Positions 47,101 through 59,471 of a DNA stretch of 64,000 bases are shown one piece after another. Both the position numbers and the translations under genes were made by a program. This DNA is from Callorhinchus milii. Lineage: Eukaryota. The DNA lies in contig NW_024704745.1 of NCBI RefSeq assembly GCF_018977255.1, forward strand, positions 53,196,001-53,260,000, in the 5' to 3' direction. The notes beneath the pieces were generated by a model, which did not search any database, was not told the DNA's origin, and worked only from the letters and a program-made list of their open reading frames with translations. Within the stretch, counting starts at the first letter, position 1. Each line of letters opens with the position of its first letter.

Positions 47101-50100
47101 TGAGATCTAATGTTATCCCGAGGAGCACCTTTTGCAACCCCACTGTCTCGGTCACACCTAAGTGATGGACAATTGGGTGAAATATCAGAATATTCTTAGT
47201 GCCTGTGCATCTGTACTCCAGGCCAGACGCAAGCCTTCAGGAGAGGAGGTGAGAAGAGAGACAGTTGTAAGCAAGCGATATAGGTTCAGAGTTGCAAAGG
47301 GCAATTTCAGGACAGAAAATATAAACCTTGCATTTGGTATAGAATCTTATCACGTTGGAAGGACATCTCAAATTACATCACAGGATTCACCGTGAAAAGG
47401 AGTGACTGTACTTTGTAAGCAAACACGACAGCTCAATTACACACAGCAATGTCCCACAAACAGCCATGAAACAAATGACCAATTTTATTTGGGGCATTGT
47501 TGGCCAAGAAGCCGGGAGAAACTCCCTTCTCATTTCTTACCATGGGATCTTTAAGGTCCACCTGAACAGTCAGACGGAACCTCGGTTTAATGTCGCATTT
47601 GAAGGATGGACTAGATACCAGGAAGTTTTTCTTTACCCAGCAGGTAATGAAGCGCTCCAAGATGCTGCCCTGCATAAAGGGAGCTATATAAATGCAAGTT
47701 TTTGTTGTAGTTAACTGGGAACAGGTTGCCACAAAGTTTGAGGCTAGGATACTAGGCTCATTTAAAAAAGCAATTTGATGCTGTGATGGGAGGACATTCT
47801 GGTGGTGGGTGTTCTGGAGGGATGAGATCAGATGGGTCGAAGGGCTTTCTTCATCCAAACCAATCCTGTGATCTTGCGAAACTGGCTTGCTTGTGAATAT
47901 TCATAGAGTCAACCACCAGGGGGCTCTGCCCAATGCAGCCACAAGTTCCAAGTGCAGCCTTTCTGCAAATCTTATTGTAAGGTTTAAATCCTTTTCTGTG
48001 GGTTGATTACAAGCAGACACTTGGATAGCCTGCTGCAGATATCTGCTGAAAATCCCATAGTATTTAAGCTTGTAAATTTTTTTACCTTCACTTAACTTCT
48101 CTTTTTAAATCAGTTTGGCTCCTGCCTTTGGACAGAAGGTTGTGCATTCAACCCCCACACTATAACTCAAGTTTATAATTAAGGCCAATTGACAGAGAGT
48201 GCATCATCGTTTGATCAGATGTTACACTGAAGTCCTTTTTACCTGTTTATGTGGATGTTAAAGATTTCATGGCACTATTTTGAACAACAACGACAAAATT
48301 ACATTTATAAAGCACCTTTCACGTCGGGAGGACGTCCCAAAGTGCTGAAGAGCAAGGAGTTCTTGTCAGTATTTCTCAAAGGATTGATACTTTGGTCATC
48401 CAGGTTATTGCAGTTTGTGGATAGTTCCTGGTGAAGATTAGCTACAATATTTGCCTACATAATAATAGTCACGACATTTCATAGTAGTTCATTGTGTGAA
48501 ATATTTTGAAACATTTTATTATGCGAATACTTTACCTCAAACACAAGTATTATTATTCCTGACAAAGCATTCGCAGGGCTTTTTACAAAATATACTGAAC
48601 AGCATTGAAACTTTGTCATCAGGAGTGAAGAGTTGTCTTCTTTTATTTATTCACAAATATGATAATGAGTGAGGAAGTTCCTTTGTATGACACAAATCAC
48701 AGGATTCCTTTCATCTATTTGCTGCTTGTTGGTTGTTGCCAGCACAGATTAGCTGCTGCATTTGCCTTCTGCTACTAGTAAGATATTCTGTCAGAATAAA
48801 AGATCCTTTGAATCTTACAACCTTCACAGCAATTAATTACTTTGTATGGCTTTACCGTATTAAAGTGAAAATTTATACAATGTTTTATCCATCTTGTTTT
48901 CTGGTTGTGTAAATCATCACTCTCACCGGCCAAACTCCAAGCTGCGTCACCCTTCAGAGACCATCAGATGGTGCTGTTGTACCTCTGCAGAGAGTCCTTT
49001 ACTTTGTAAAAGCCAGAATTTTGCTACTGCGACTCTTTTAAAAACTATTAGTATCAACTTTGATAATGCTTTGTTTTTTTCTATTATTTTACCCTATGTC
49101 ATTGAGCACTGATGACATCGTAAGGGATCATCTTGGAGGATTTATTGTTAGAATTGTCCATCCCATCTGCCTGTTCAGGTCGACGTGAAAGATCTCATGC
49201 ACTACTCAAATAGATGGGAAGTTTTTCTTACTGCCTGACCAACAATCCTCCAAATAAAATGAGTCATTTGCTTCATGGCTGTTTGTGGGACATGTGCATA
49301 AAACACCGAGTCTGCACTTTACAATATATCCTGTGAACCTCTTTTGGACTTTCTCCCCAAGTGAAAGGTGCTATGCCAAATGTAAGGATTATTATTATAA
49401 CTAAGTACCAATGTACTGTTTGCTGTATGCATTTGCTGTATGTGTTTACCTACAAATTCACAATCCACTTTACAGTAATTTCTGTTAAGCACTTTGAGAT
49501 GTCCTCCAGGCGTGAAAGGCATTATATCAAATACTATTTTTTAAATATAATACACACACCATACACACACGACTCATGTTGAAGCACACAGTGTTTACTG
49601 TAGTGTCATTTGATACTAATTCAATTCCTTGTCGAAGTGATGAATCCTCCAAGCCAGAACCCCAATAATGTTATCAGGACTAACTCTTCAAACAATGATG
49701 TTCAAGATAATATCAGAAATTTAAAAAAAAGCCAGTTATAATTTTATGTGACGGAACATGGTCCCAAAGCTGAGACTTGCTGCTTTGTTTATTTTATTTA
49801 ATTGAAATGCTATGCTCTGTATTTGTCTCTCATTTTTTGTGGGAAGCTTGTCTTCAGTTTATCAAAGTTTTCTTTAAAACTATCACTGTTCTAGAGAATG
49901 AAAGTTGGCAATGTGTGCAAGGAGCGAACAGAAATCTACCACAGTCTGAAGCATTTTAAATACAATCTGTACCAGAAGTGCTGTGAAACTGTCCAAAGTG
50001 ACACTCATCCAGACGAACAGGCGAAAGACACGATTGATCGGCTCTACAAATGTCTGGACGAACATCAGTGGATTGAAGAGGTAAACACTTTTCTTGAAAT

Positions 50101-53100
50101 GTGGCTTAATTTTAATTTATTATCTTATATATCAGAGGCCTTAATCCTTTGGATAAGGTTTTAAATCGAGGTCCCGTCTGCTTGTTCAGGTGGATGTGAA
50201 AGATCTCATGTCATTTTTCACAGGGAGAAGGGAGTTTCAAATAAAATTGGCCATTCGCTTCATGGCTATGTGCAAATGCTTCATTGCTATGTGCAAATTG
50301 GCTGCTACGTACAAACTAAATGGTCACTACACTTTATAGCAAATCCTGTTAAGTGTTTTGAGACGTCCTCTTGATGTGAAAGGCATTGTATCAAATGCAA
50401 GGTTTTATTATTAAATTCCACCTTGGTTTGGTATGATGATTTTTCCATAAAATATGAAACTGTGCAGAATTTGGTCATACTTTGGAAATTGATTTGTTTT
50501 AAGAACTTGCAGAAAATTCCAGCTTCCAAATTGACTGAATTTAAGAATTTTCCACAGCATTGCGTGATCTTAAATATTGAGACAGAATTGGTTTTACAGG
50601 CAAAGACTAGATAGAATCCTGGGTCCTAGGAGCGTGTACATCACTGTCAGCGCGATATCACTTTGGCTGGGTCACTGAAAAAACAATCTGAACAGCTAAT
50701 GTCATTCTTGTAATGCAGTATTGGCTGTGTTTGCACAGCGGTGTGAGTGAAAAGCTATATTTTCACTGCCTGTCCCCCTTACTGTGAAGTCAGAGCTCAA
50801 CTTGTGGGTACTTGACCACTGGTAACCTGGACTTCTTAAGCTCTTGTTTTGGCTGCGGTTGCTTGGTTTTATCTCCCTCTCTGGTTGATTTGCTGCTTCC
50901 TTTCGTGAATGCTGCATTTCCACAGGGACAACAATTATCACTCCCTAAACTGCTTCAGTGCTTTTTGGATGTATTTACTCCATGTGCTGAATTGGCAGAC
51001 TTTTCAGGAGCAGCAGAGACTTTGTAGAGTGTATTATTTATACCTGTGAGATTCGCAGCCAGCCAAACAAACAAATGAAAGAGGATATTGAATGTCTGGA
51101 TGATACCAGAGATGACTTTCTAACTAATTGTATGCATCACACAGTAACGGTGAAATCCCAGTTGGACAGAGCACATTGGGATGGGAGCATCTGTGTAATA
51201 CAGAATTTATTTCACTAATGGCAGTACGCTTCCAATACACAGATGATTAATTCACAAGTGGCTTGTTATGATTGGGTTCTGAGTTGAAACAAATGTATCC
51301 CTCCAGCTTCAATACAGTCAGTGGAGCAGCCCACAAGAGAGGAAGAGTAACACAAATTTGACAATAATACAGTAGGGTTGAAGACGTTTTTGTCGGGAAA
51401 TCACCGTGTAAAATTGTATCAGAAATGTGGATATGGATGTGAAGTAAATCTCTCGGGAACCTCAAGTGCATCACACCAACTTATAGGAGCACAAGCACTC
51501 CAGGACGCTGCCCCAAATGAAGGGCACTATATAAATGCAAGTTGTTGTTGTTGGCTCCAACCGGATGTTTGGCTGGAGCTGGGATTGCATGCGATTGCCT
51601 GGAGGCGATGCACTTTACCTCCCGAGTTGCTTTTTTCAGCACGAGGTGCTATTTAAACTGCCAGTGTCCCAACCAGTGCTTTAACAATCTGATTTTGTCA
51701 AATCGACAATTACACATCTAGAACAATAACATTTTAGTAATAAACCCTTGATGAGAAGCCCTGATGGAGTGCTGGGTGAAGGCGCTGCCCAGTGTAGCGC
51801 TTAGGTTGCGAGTCCAATTCCTGGTCTGGAACAAGTTTGGCTGAAGTGTGGTAGAGCAGTTAACTTAACAGTAGTATCCTTGGGATCACGGAGGGGAAAA
51901 TCAGCCAGGGTTCCTGCTACTAATTGCTATCCATTGACCTCTTCCTACCACCACCACTGGAATGTTCATGCATGTGGAGATTAGGAGAACATGTGGCTGT
52001 GTTGTTCATAGCAGTTAAATAGTCTGCTGAGGCTCCAGCATTGCTTGTTGAAGAACGGCCACTCAGGCTCAATACTGCACGAAAGTCAGGACTAATGGAA
52101 ATGTACCCTAGCAGGAATTTATAATAATAAGTGTTACGTTTAATAATGTAACTTTGAACTCACAGTCTAGGCTGACACTCCAGAGCAGTCCTGGGGCTAA
52201 GCTGCATTGTCCAGGGTGCCATTCTTAGGATGAGACGTTAAACCAAGGACCTATCCGCTGGTTCAGTTGGATGTTAAACAGCCCTGTTTACAAGATCACA
52301 AGATTGGCCTGCAAAAAGAGGAGGTTTCTCCTAGTGTGCAAATTGTCTGCCGTGTTCACAAACCAAATGCAGTCACTACGCTTCACAGTATATCCTGCGA
52401 AGCACATTTGAGATGTCCTTCCCAACATGCGATAATAAATGTAAGGATTATTATTATATATCACCTTTAATGTTGGGAGGATATCTAAAACCGCTTCACA
52501 AGATTTATTGTAAAGTGTAGTGACTGTGTATTTAGTAGGTGAACATGACAGCCAATTTGCACATAGCAATGTCTCACTAACAGCCATGACCTGGGCCAAT
52601 AGAAAAGTGTGGTGCACTTTTCCCGCGGAACCTGCTACAAACACCCACCTCCGCTACAAACACCCACCTCCACTGCAACCACCCACCTCCGCTACAAACA
52701 CCCACCTCCGCTACAAACACCCACCTCCGCTACAAACACCCACCTCCGCTACAAACACCCACCTCCGCTACAAACACCCACCTCTGCTACAAACCTGCTA
52801 TAAATGTAGTTTCCGGCCCGCGGGCCTCCGGGCTGTTTACCTTACATCACTGTGGGAGGGGCAGCTCCAGACGCCCATGTGCGGTGCTGCACAAGTGGCA
52901 AATGGGCTTCACTCGGAAGCCCCGCTGTTATGATTGTCTGTGTGTGCATGTTTATGAGTGTCTGTGTGTCATTGTGTGTGCGTGTGTATATAAGTGTGTA
53001 TGATTGTCTGTGTGTATGTGTCTCTATATGCATTTGTGAGTGTGTGTGTGTGTATATCTGTGTGTGTCTCTCTCTCTCTGTGAGTGTCTGGGCGAGTATG

Positions 53101-56100
53101 TCTACGTGACTGTGCGTCTCTCTCTGAGAACGTGTGTCTCTCTCTGTGTCTGTGTGTGTGTGTGTCTCTCTCCATGTCTGTGTCGACATCCTCACCCTCA
53201 CTGAAACCTGGCCCATCCCAGATGACACCTTCCCCCTGTGCGTGGTCACTCCAACAGGCTACACCTTCCATCATACCCACGACCTAACCGGTGGTGGTGT
53301 GGCTCTCATCTCCCGGTCTTCACTCGGCCTATCTCATTACTCCTCCAGAAGTCCTTCCCCTCCTTTGGAAATATGTATTATTTCCATACGTTTAGTTTTT
53401 AATCAATAAAGTGAAAACATGTAGGTTGGCAGTAAAATGTACCTCAATAGAATCAATCAACTCCCCGCCATTTTCTACAACATTTGTCAAACATTTCCCC
53501 GCAATGTTCCGCAAAAATTTCGAATCTTCCCGCAAAGCTGCGCAAATATTTCCAAACGTTTCTATTGACACAGGTCATGACCAATCCCATCTGGGAGATT
53601 GTTGGCCAGGACACCAGGAGAAACTCTTCATGAATACTTTTTATGAGAAAAAGAGCAAATCCCACATTAATAAGATTTTTTAAAAAATGTTTTTGTCATT
53701 TTTTTCCCTGGGAGATTTGCAGCTGAGATGAAGTTAGTTGCTATTAGTATTTTTTCTTACTTGGGTCAGTATGTGCTCTTGCAAGCATTGTTAACAAACT
53801 GGTACAATCTCCTGTCCAAAAATGCATGAGAAATGCTTAAACAAAGCACAATGACGGATTCAGTTGAAAAAAAATCTCAGCAGCGTTGTTATTGAACAGC
53901 TGTTATCCGGACAATATGTATAAAATGTAGCCGTTATCACTTAGTTATATTAAAAAGACATAACTTCCACAATGGCACCATCTGTTAGTCCTTTACCCTG
54001 ATCAGAAATCTTCCTCCTTCCCCATGCAGAGTACTCAGTGTTGCCATTTGCTGGATCCGAGCCATGGATTAGAATTTCCTTGCATACCAGAGTTTTCTCA
54101 TGTTGTTTAAAGGGACAGAGTACCCATCGTCCTTATTCGCTTTGCCCTGGTATTTTTCTTTTCTCGTCGCAAAAAAANCAGTCACACCACTTTACAGTAA
54201 ATCTTGTGAAGCACCTTTGAGATGTCTTGACAACGTGATAAGGTGCTGTATCAAATGGAAGGATTATTACTATAATTTTCTCCACTCCAGTATTTCATTC
54301 CTCTTTACCTCTTACTGGGATATGGTTGCATTTGTGCTGTTTCCTGGCCCTGGGAATGTACTTTCTTCAAAAGGTCACTAAACAGGGAAGAGGCCTTCCA
54401 GTTTGTGGCTCCAGTCAACTGAGTGAAGCTCTTAGAGACGCCCTCCTGATAGGAGAGATATATTAATGTAACGTACCAGCTCAACTCTGGGAAAGCAAGT
54501 ATTAAACAAAAAGCAAAGTTACAGCCTGACTGATGTAGGACCTACAATTTATTAATTTGAATTTGCTCATCTTGTGAGAGGGGGTGGGGTCACAAAATGA
54601 CAGTTTTAGAACCTGAGACAAACTAAATACCTGGACAGAGACGTGGCCTGCTTTTTTTCAATTCGTTAAAGTACTCTTTAAGGAATCCCACAAATTTTAC
54701 CCCAATATTTTGCTCAGTCCCATCAATAGGCAACTGTTTTGTCCTTTGTTAAAGTGTGAGGAGCATGCGATCTATTAGCTTGACAAACTCTTTGGATCAT
54801 TTGCTGTGCAAGGTTTACCAAACACCACAATCAATCAGCGCGCCCTTCATCCGACTTTAGTGGGAAAAAAACAGCCGGTTATTCCTGCTGACTGATGTTT
54901 GCGCCTTTCGCAGGCCAGTGCACCAGCAGCACCAATGAGAATCAGCCTGTTGCCCTTCAACTAAACCTTTCAGGCGACAGCAGTCGGTGTTGGTAATCAT
55001 ACAGCTGATCACAGGTGTCGTTGCAGGAGATTTGAGATTTTAGCGGTGGGGAAGTGAGAGCGAAGCACACTGTGAACAGAGGGGTCTGATCATAAGAAAG
55101 TTGTACCAGACGGTCACAGATTTGTTCTTGTCTGGGAGGAGTGGGGGGAGAGTGAAAACGAAACACGCTGTGAATGGAGGGATCTGATAGTAAGAAAGCC
55201 TGATCAGACGGAGCTGTATAAAACTGAATGTTTTTCAATCTGCTTGCTGTAATACACGCTGTACTGCACTGCATATATAGCAACAGGAGTAGGCCATTCA
55301 ACCCATCATAACTCCTACACTGTTTTATTGGTACATGCAGCTCTTTATCTTACTTCATTCTATTTCTCTGTCACTTTTCTATATGTCTTAACACCCTCAC
55401 TTCCCAATTATTGTATTGATCTCTCTCACCGTCTCCACTTTGTTGCCTCTAACGGTTTCTCCTGCAGCCCCCGCACTGTCACGTCTGGCGTCCTCCAGGG
55501 CTCTGTCCTTGGCCCTCTCCTCTTTAATATCTACACGCTCCCCCTTGGTGACATCATCCGCAGACATGGGGTCAACTTCCACATTTATGCGGATGACACC
55601 AAACTCTATCTTTCTGCCTCCACCCTCAACTCCAGGACCACTGCTGTGCTGACAGACTGCCTGTGGACATCAAGTCCTGGATGAGGGCAAATTTCCTACA
55701 GTTGAATATGAACAAGACTGAGATGCTCCTGATTGGCTCACGCCAGCGCCTCAGCATCTCAAGCTCTGGAGCATCAACCTCCATGGTTGCTCACTTCAAC
55801 TCACCAAGCCAGTCAGGAACCGAGGTGTCTTGTTTGACCCTCAACTGTCTTTTCTCCCCCCATTCCAGGCAGGGCGAAACCTTGGGCAAGTTTCCTTACT
55901 CCACACGCCTAATAATAATCCCTCCAAAAAACAAAAACAATATTAAATTGGTCATTTTCAATCTACGACTGTTTGTGGGACATTGCTGTGCGCAATTGGC
56001 TGCCGCGTTCGCCCACAAATATACAGTCAATTCACTTTACAGTGTGTTCTGTGAAGCGCTTTGGGACGTCCTCCCGACGTGAAAAGCGCTATATCAAATG

Positions 56101-59100
56101 CAAGGATTATTATTATTATTATTATTCAAGCCATGACCCGCTCTGCCTTCCCTCACCTCCGTAACATCGACCGACTCCGCCACTACCTCACCGCTGAAAC
56201 TCTTGTTCATGCCTTCATCACCTCCAGGCTCGACTATGCAAATGCACTGCTTGTTGGCTTTCCCAACTCCTCCCTCCACAGGCTGCAGATAATCCAGAAC
56301 TCTACAGCCCGTGTCCTCTCCCGCACCAAACTCCATGACCCCATCTCCCCCACTCTCGCCCGACTCCTTTGGCTCCCTATCCTTCAAAGGATCCAGTTCA
56401 AGATCCTGGTCCTCACATACAAAGCCCTCCATGGCCTCGCCCCATCCTACCTCTGCGACCTCCTAACCCCCCTACCAACCCGCCGGCTCCCTCTACTCAG
56501 CCGGCTCTGGCCTGCTCCACGTCCCCCGACCCACCCGCCCCACCGTTGGCAGGAGAGCCTTCAGCTACTCTGTCCCCAACCTCTGGAATTCCATCCCCCA
56601 ATCACTTCGCCTCGCCCCCTCCTTAGCCTCCTTCAAGTCCCGCCTCAACACCCTCCTCTTCGACCATGCTATCGGCCAACCCCCCTTCCCCTCCCCTCCC
56701 TTACTCCCCAGGAGGACGTCCTCCTCACGTGAAAGGCGCGATACAAATGTAATCTTGTTGTTGTTGTTGATCTTCCTTTCAAACATTTCTGTTCATTTTG
56801 AGTCTTCGTACTTACTGCACTGCAATATAATGCACACCTCACTGAACAATAATGTACGCTGTGCTGCCACACACTCTGTACTGTAATGCACGCTCCACTG
56901 AACTGCAATACATGCTGTGCTGTCAAACACACTACTGTGATGCATGCTTCACTGAACTGTGATGCACGCTGTGGTGTTGTACACTGTACCATATTGCATG
57001 CTCCACTGAATTGTATTACATGCTGTTCTATCAACACACTGTACAGTAATGCATGCCACAGTCTACTGAAATGCGTGTTCCTCTAAACTCTAATATATAT
57101 ATTACAGGTTTATTATATTTGTTTGGCTTTAGGGAATGTCCTCATTACCGAGTATTTTCCGCTGATCTCAATGTTGCTCCTCGATCCTAGACGAGGTGCG
57201 CAGTTTCCTATTAGGTACAATCGACAAAGCACAGATCATCCTGGAATGAAAAATTGGCAAACTGGGATTTCATTGTTCAGCATTATACAGGAGGCAAATT
57301 AATATCAACAACCTCACCAGTTTTGTTTTCCAATTATAATAATTTAAGTAATCATGTACCCTCTGCATAGGATGCTGGCAAAATCCTGCAATGGATTGAA
57401 TCCAAATTAAAACTGAAAAATAGATAGAAATTCACGAACAGTTTCAATGTTGACTTCAGCAACAAGACTCTTGCTTAAACTGTCGGACAATCACAAGCAG
57501 CTCTAACACTTCCTTTCTCTTCCTGCAGAGCTGCTGTGCGAAGGCTTGTCCTTCCTCACAGATAAAGGTTTTCATAGTCGGTATGGACTCTGAAAACTCT
57601 ACTCTTGGTCTTTGAACTTAATGCATCTTACAATTTTGGAGGTCTTTGAACCTCAAAGAGTTATTTGATGCATGGGGATGGGGAGGGGTGAACTGACAAT
57701 TGACCTTTGAAGGCTACGCTCATTTAATTCATCCAGGGGTGCCTCAGCATTTGTTGATGGACACTGCCTTTTGATTCCAGCAGAGAGTACTGTGAACACA
57801 CTGCTTGGTTTACACACTACTTGTTCACACCTTGGTGTGAATGGAACTTCATAGAATCAGTGAAATGGTAGTCTTTTTGAAAATCTGCTTTGTTATTGTA
57901 TGTTGATCCCCTCTGTTATTCCAATTTTTCTTTTATATAAGAATGCACTAGATGAAATGTATTTTTAAATCATCACACAACTCCCTTTTTCCTGTTTGCA
58001 TATTAATAATAATCCTTGCATTTGATATAGCACCTTATGACATCAAAAGGTCTCAAGGCACTTCACAGGTATCGTGACTTTGTACACAAATGCAGAAGCC
58101 ACTTTCCATATAGCAATATCCTACAAACGGGCATGAAGTGAATGACCTATTTTTTCTGAGGGATGGTTGGCCAGGATGCAAGGAGAAATCCCTTTTCTTT
58201 TCAAGCAGTGTCCACCTGAACAGGCAGATGAAACCTCGGTTTAATGTCTCGTCTGACAGACAGCACCTCTGACAATGTGGTATTTTTCTACCGTTGTACT
58301 GGAGTGTCAATCTAGACTATATGAGCTGACGGGGGGGCTTGAATCCAAACTTTCTGAGTCTTAAGTCAAGAGTGCTAAAGCCTACGTCAGGTTGACACCT
58401 TCAAATTCAGTTACTACACTATAATAATACCAATAATAATAATAATTCTTGCATTTGATATAGTGCTTTTCACGTCTTCTAGACGTCTCAAAGCGCTTCA
58501 CAGAATATGCTGTAAAGTGAATTGGCTGTTTATTTGTGGGTGAAACAACAACAACAACTTCGATTTATATAGAGCCCTCCACGCCAGAGGGCGTCTCAGA
58601 GCACTTTACAGTAACAGATCCCGGGGCCGAGCCAGGGGGAGGGGGAGGAAGGTGACCAAAGGCGCGGTCGTAAAGAAAGGTCTTCAGCAGAGACCTGAAA
58701 ATGGGAAGGGGGGGAGCGAGACGAAGGGAGTGAGGAAGGGAGTTCCAGAGCCTCGGGGCATAACGGCTAAACGTTTGACGTGATGAAATGATACATCAAA
58801 TGCAAGAATTATTATTATACTGTGGTACAAGCTTCAACATCATTCTGCTGTTTGTCTTGTACACACTCTACTTTTGACTGATAGACATTTCTTAATCACA
58901 CTCTTATTAGGCTTCTTATAAAGTTCTTAAGTTTGTTCTCTCTCATGCATTTGTGTAATTACACAAATTGGAACAATGTTTAGAAACAGCATATTCCAGT
59001 TATTGTCTCCTTTCTGCATCCATTTCGAAAACTAGCGATCGTTGTATTACATGTTTAAAGTTGCGAATTCAGTTATAAACACACAATAAAATGATCATAG

Positions 59101-59440
59101 GTTTTAACCATTAGAGTCTCATTCAAGCCCTGAACTTTCTCTGGGTTATATCTGGATAGCGTTTATTCGAAAATAACCAATGGATTTTCACGATAGAGCA
59201 ACAAGTTGTTGCTGTGAGCAGCAGAGTCCTACTTACTGGGGAAGCCCTAATGTTCCATCGCTGGTCTTTGCTGAGTTAGCGCTGGGTAGCAGTAGGAGCA
59301 CTGCAGTTGACTTGGCACCCCCAAGTTAGCAGAACAATGAATGCCAGGATGCCTGATCCTGATCATTTTGCCCTACGCCCCCTGCCCCACAGAGTCAAAT
59401 AGCCCAGCAATACTCACTGGCAAGGCTCACAGAATCCTGC

Positions 59441-59471
<31 letters not shown>

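Noticed and set aside
50702-51474. Minus-strand ORFs as a nested gene in the last CCDC82 intron
   Set aside because: Could not assemble a phase-consistent model; no recognisable motifs.
52634-52794. Possible CRISPR-like array or repeat-protein ORFs
   Set aside because: Head-to-tail 19-bp units with no unique spacers, in a eukaryotic context.
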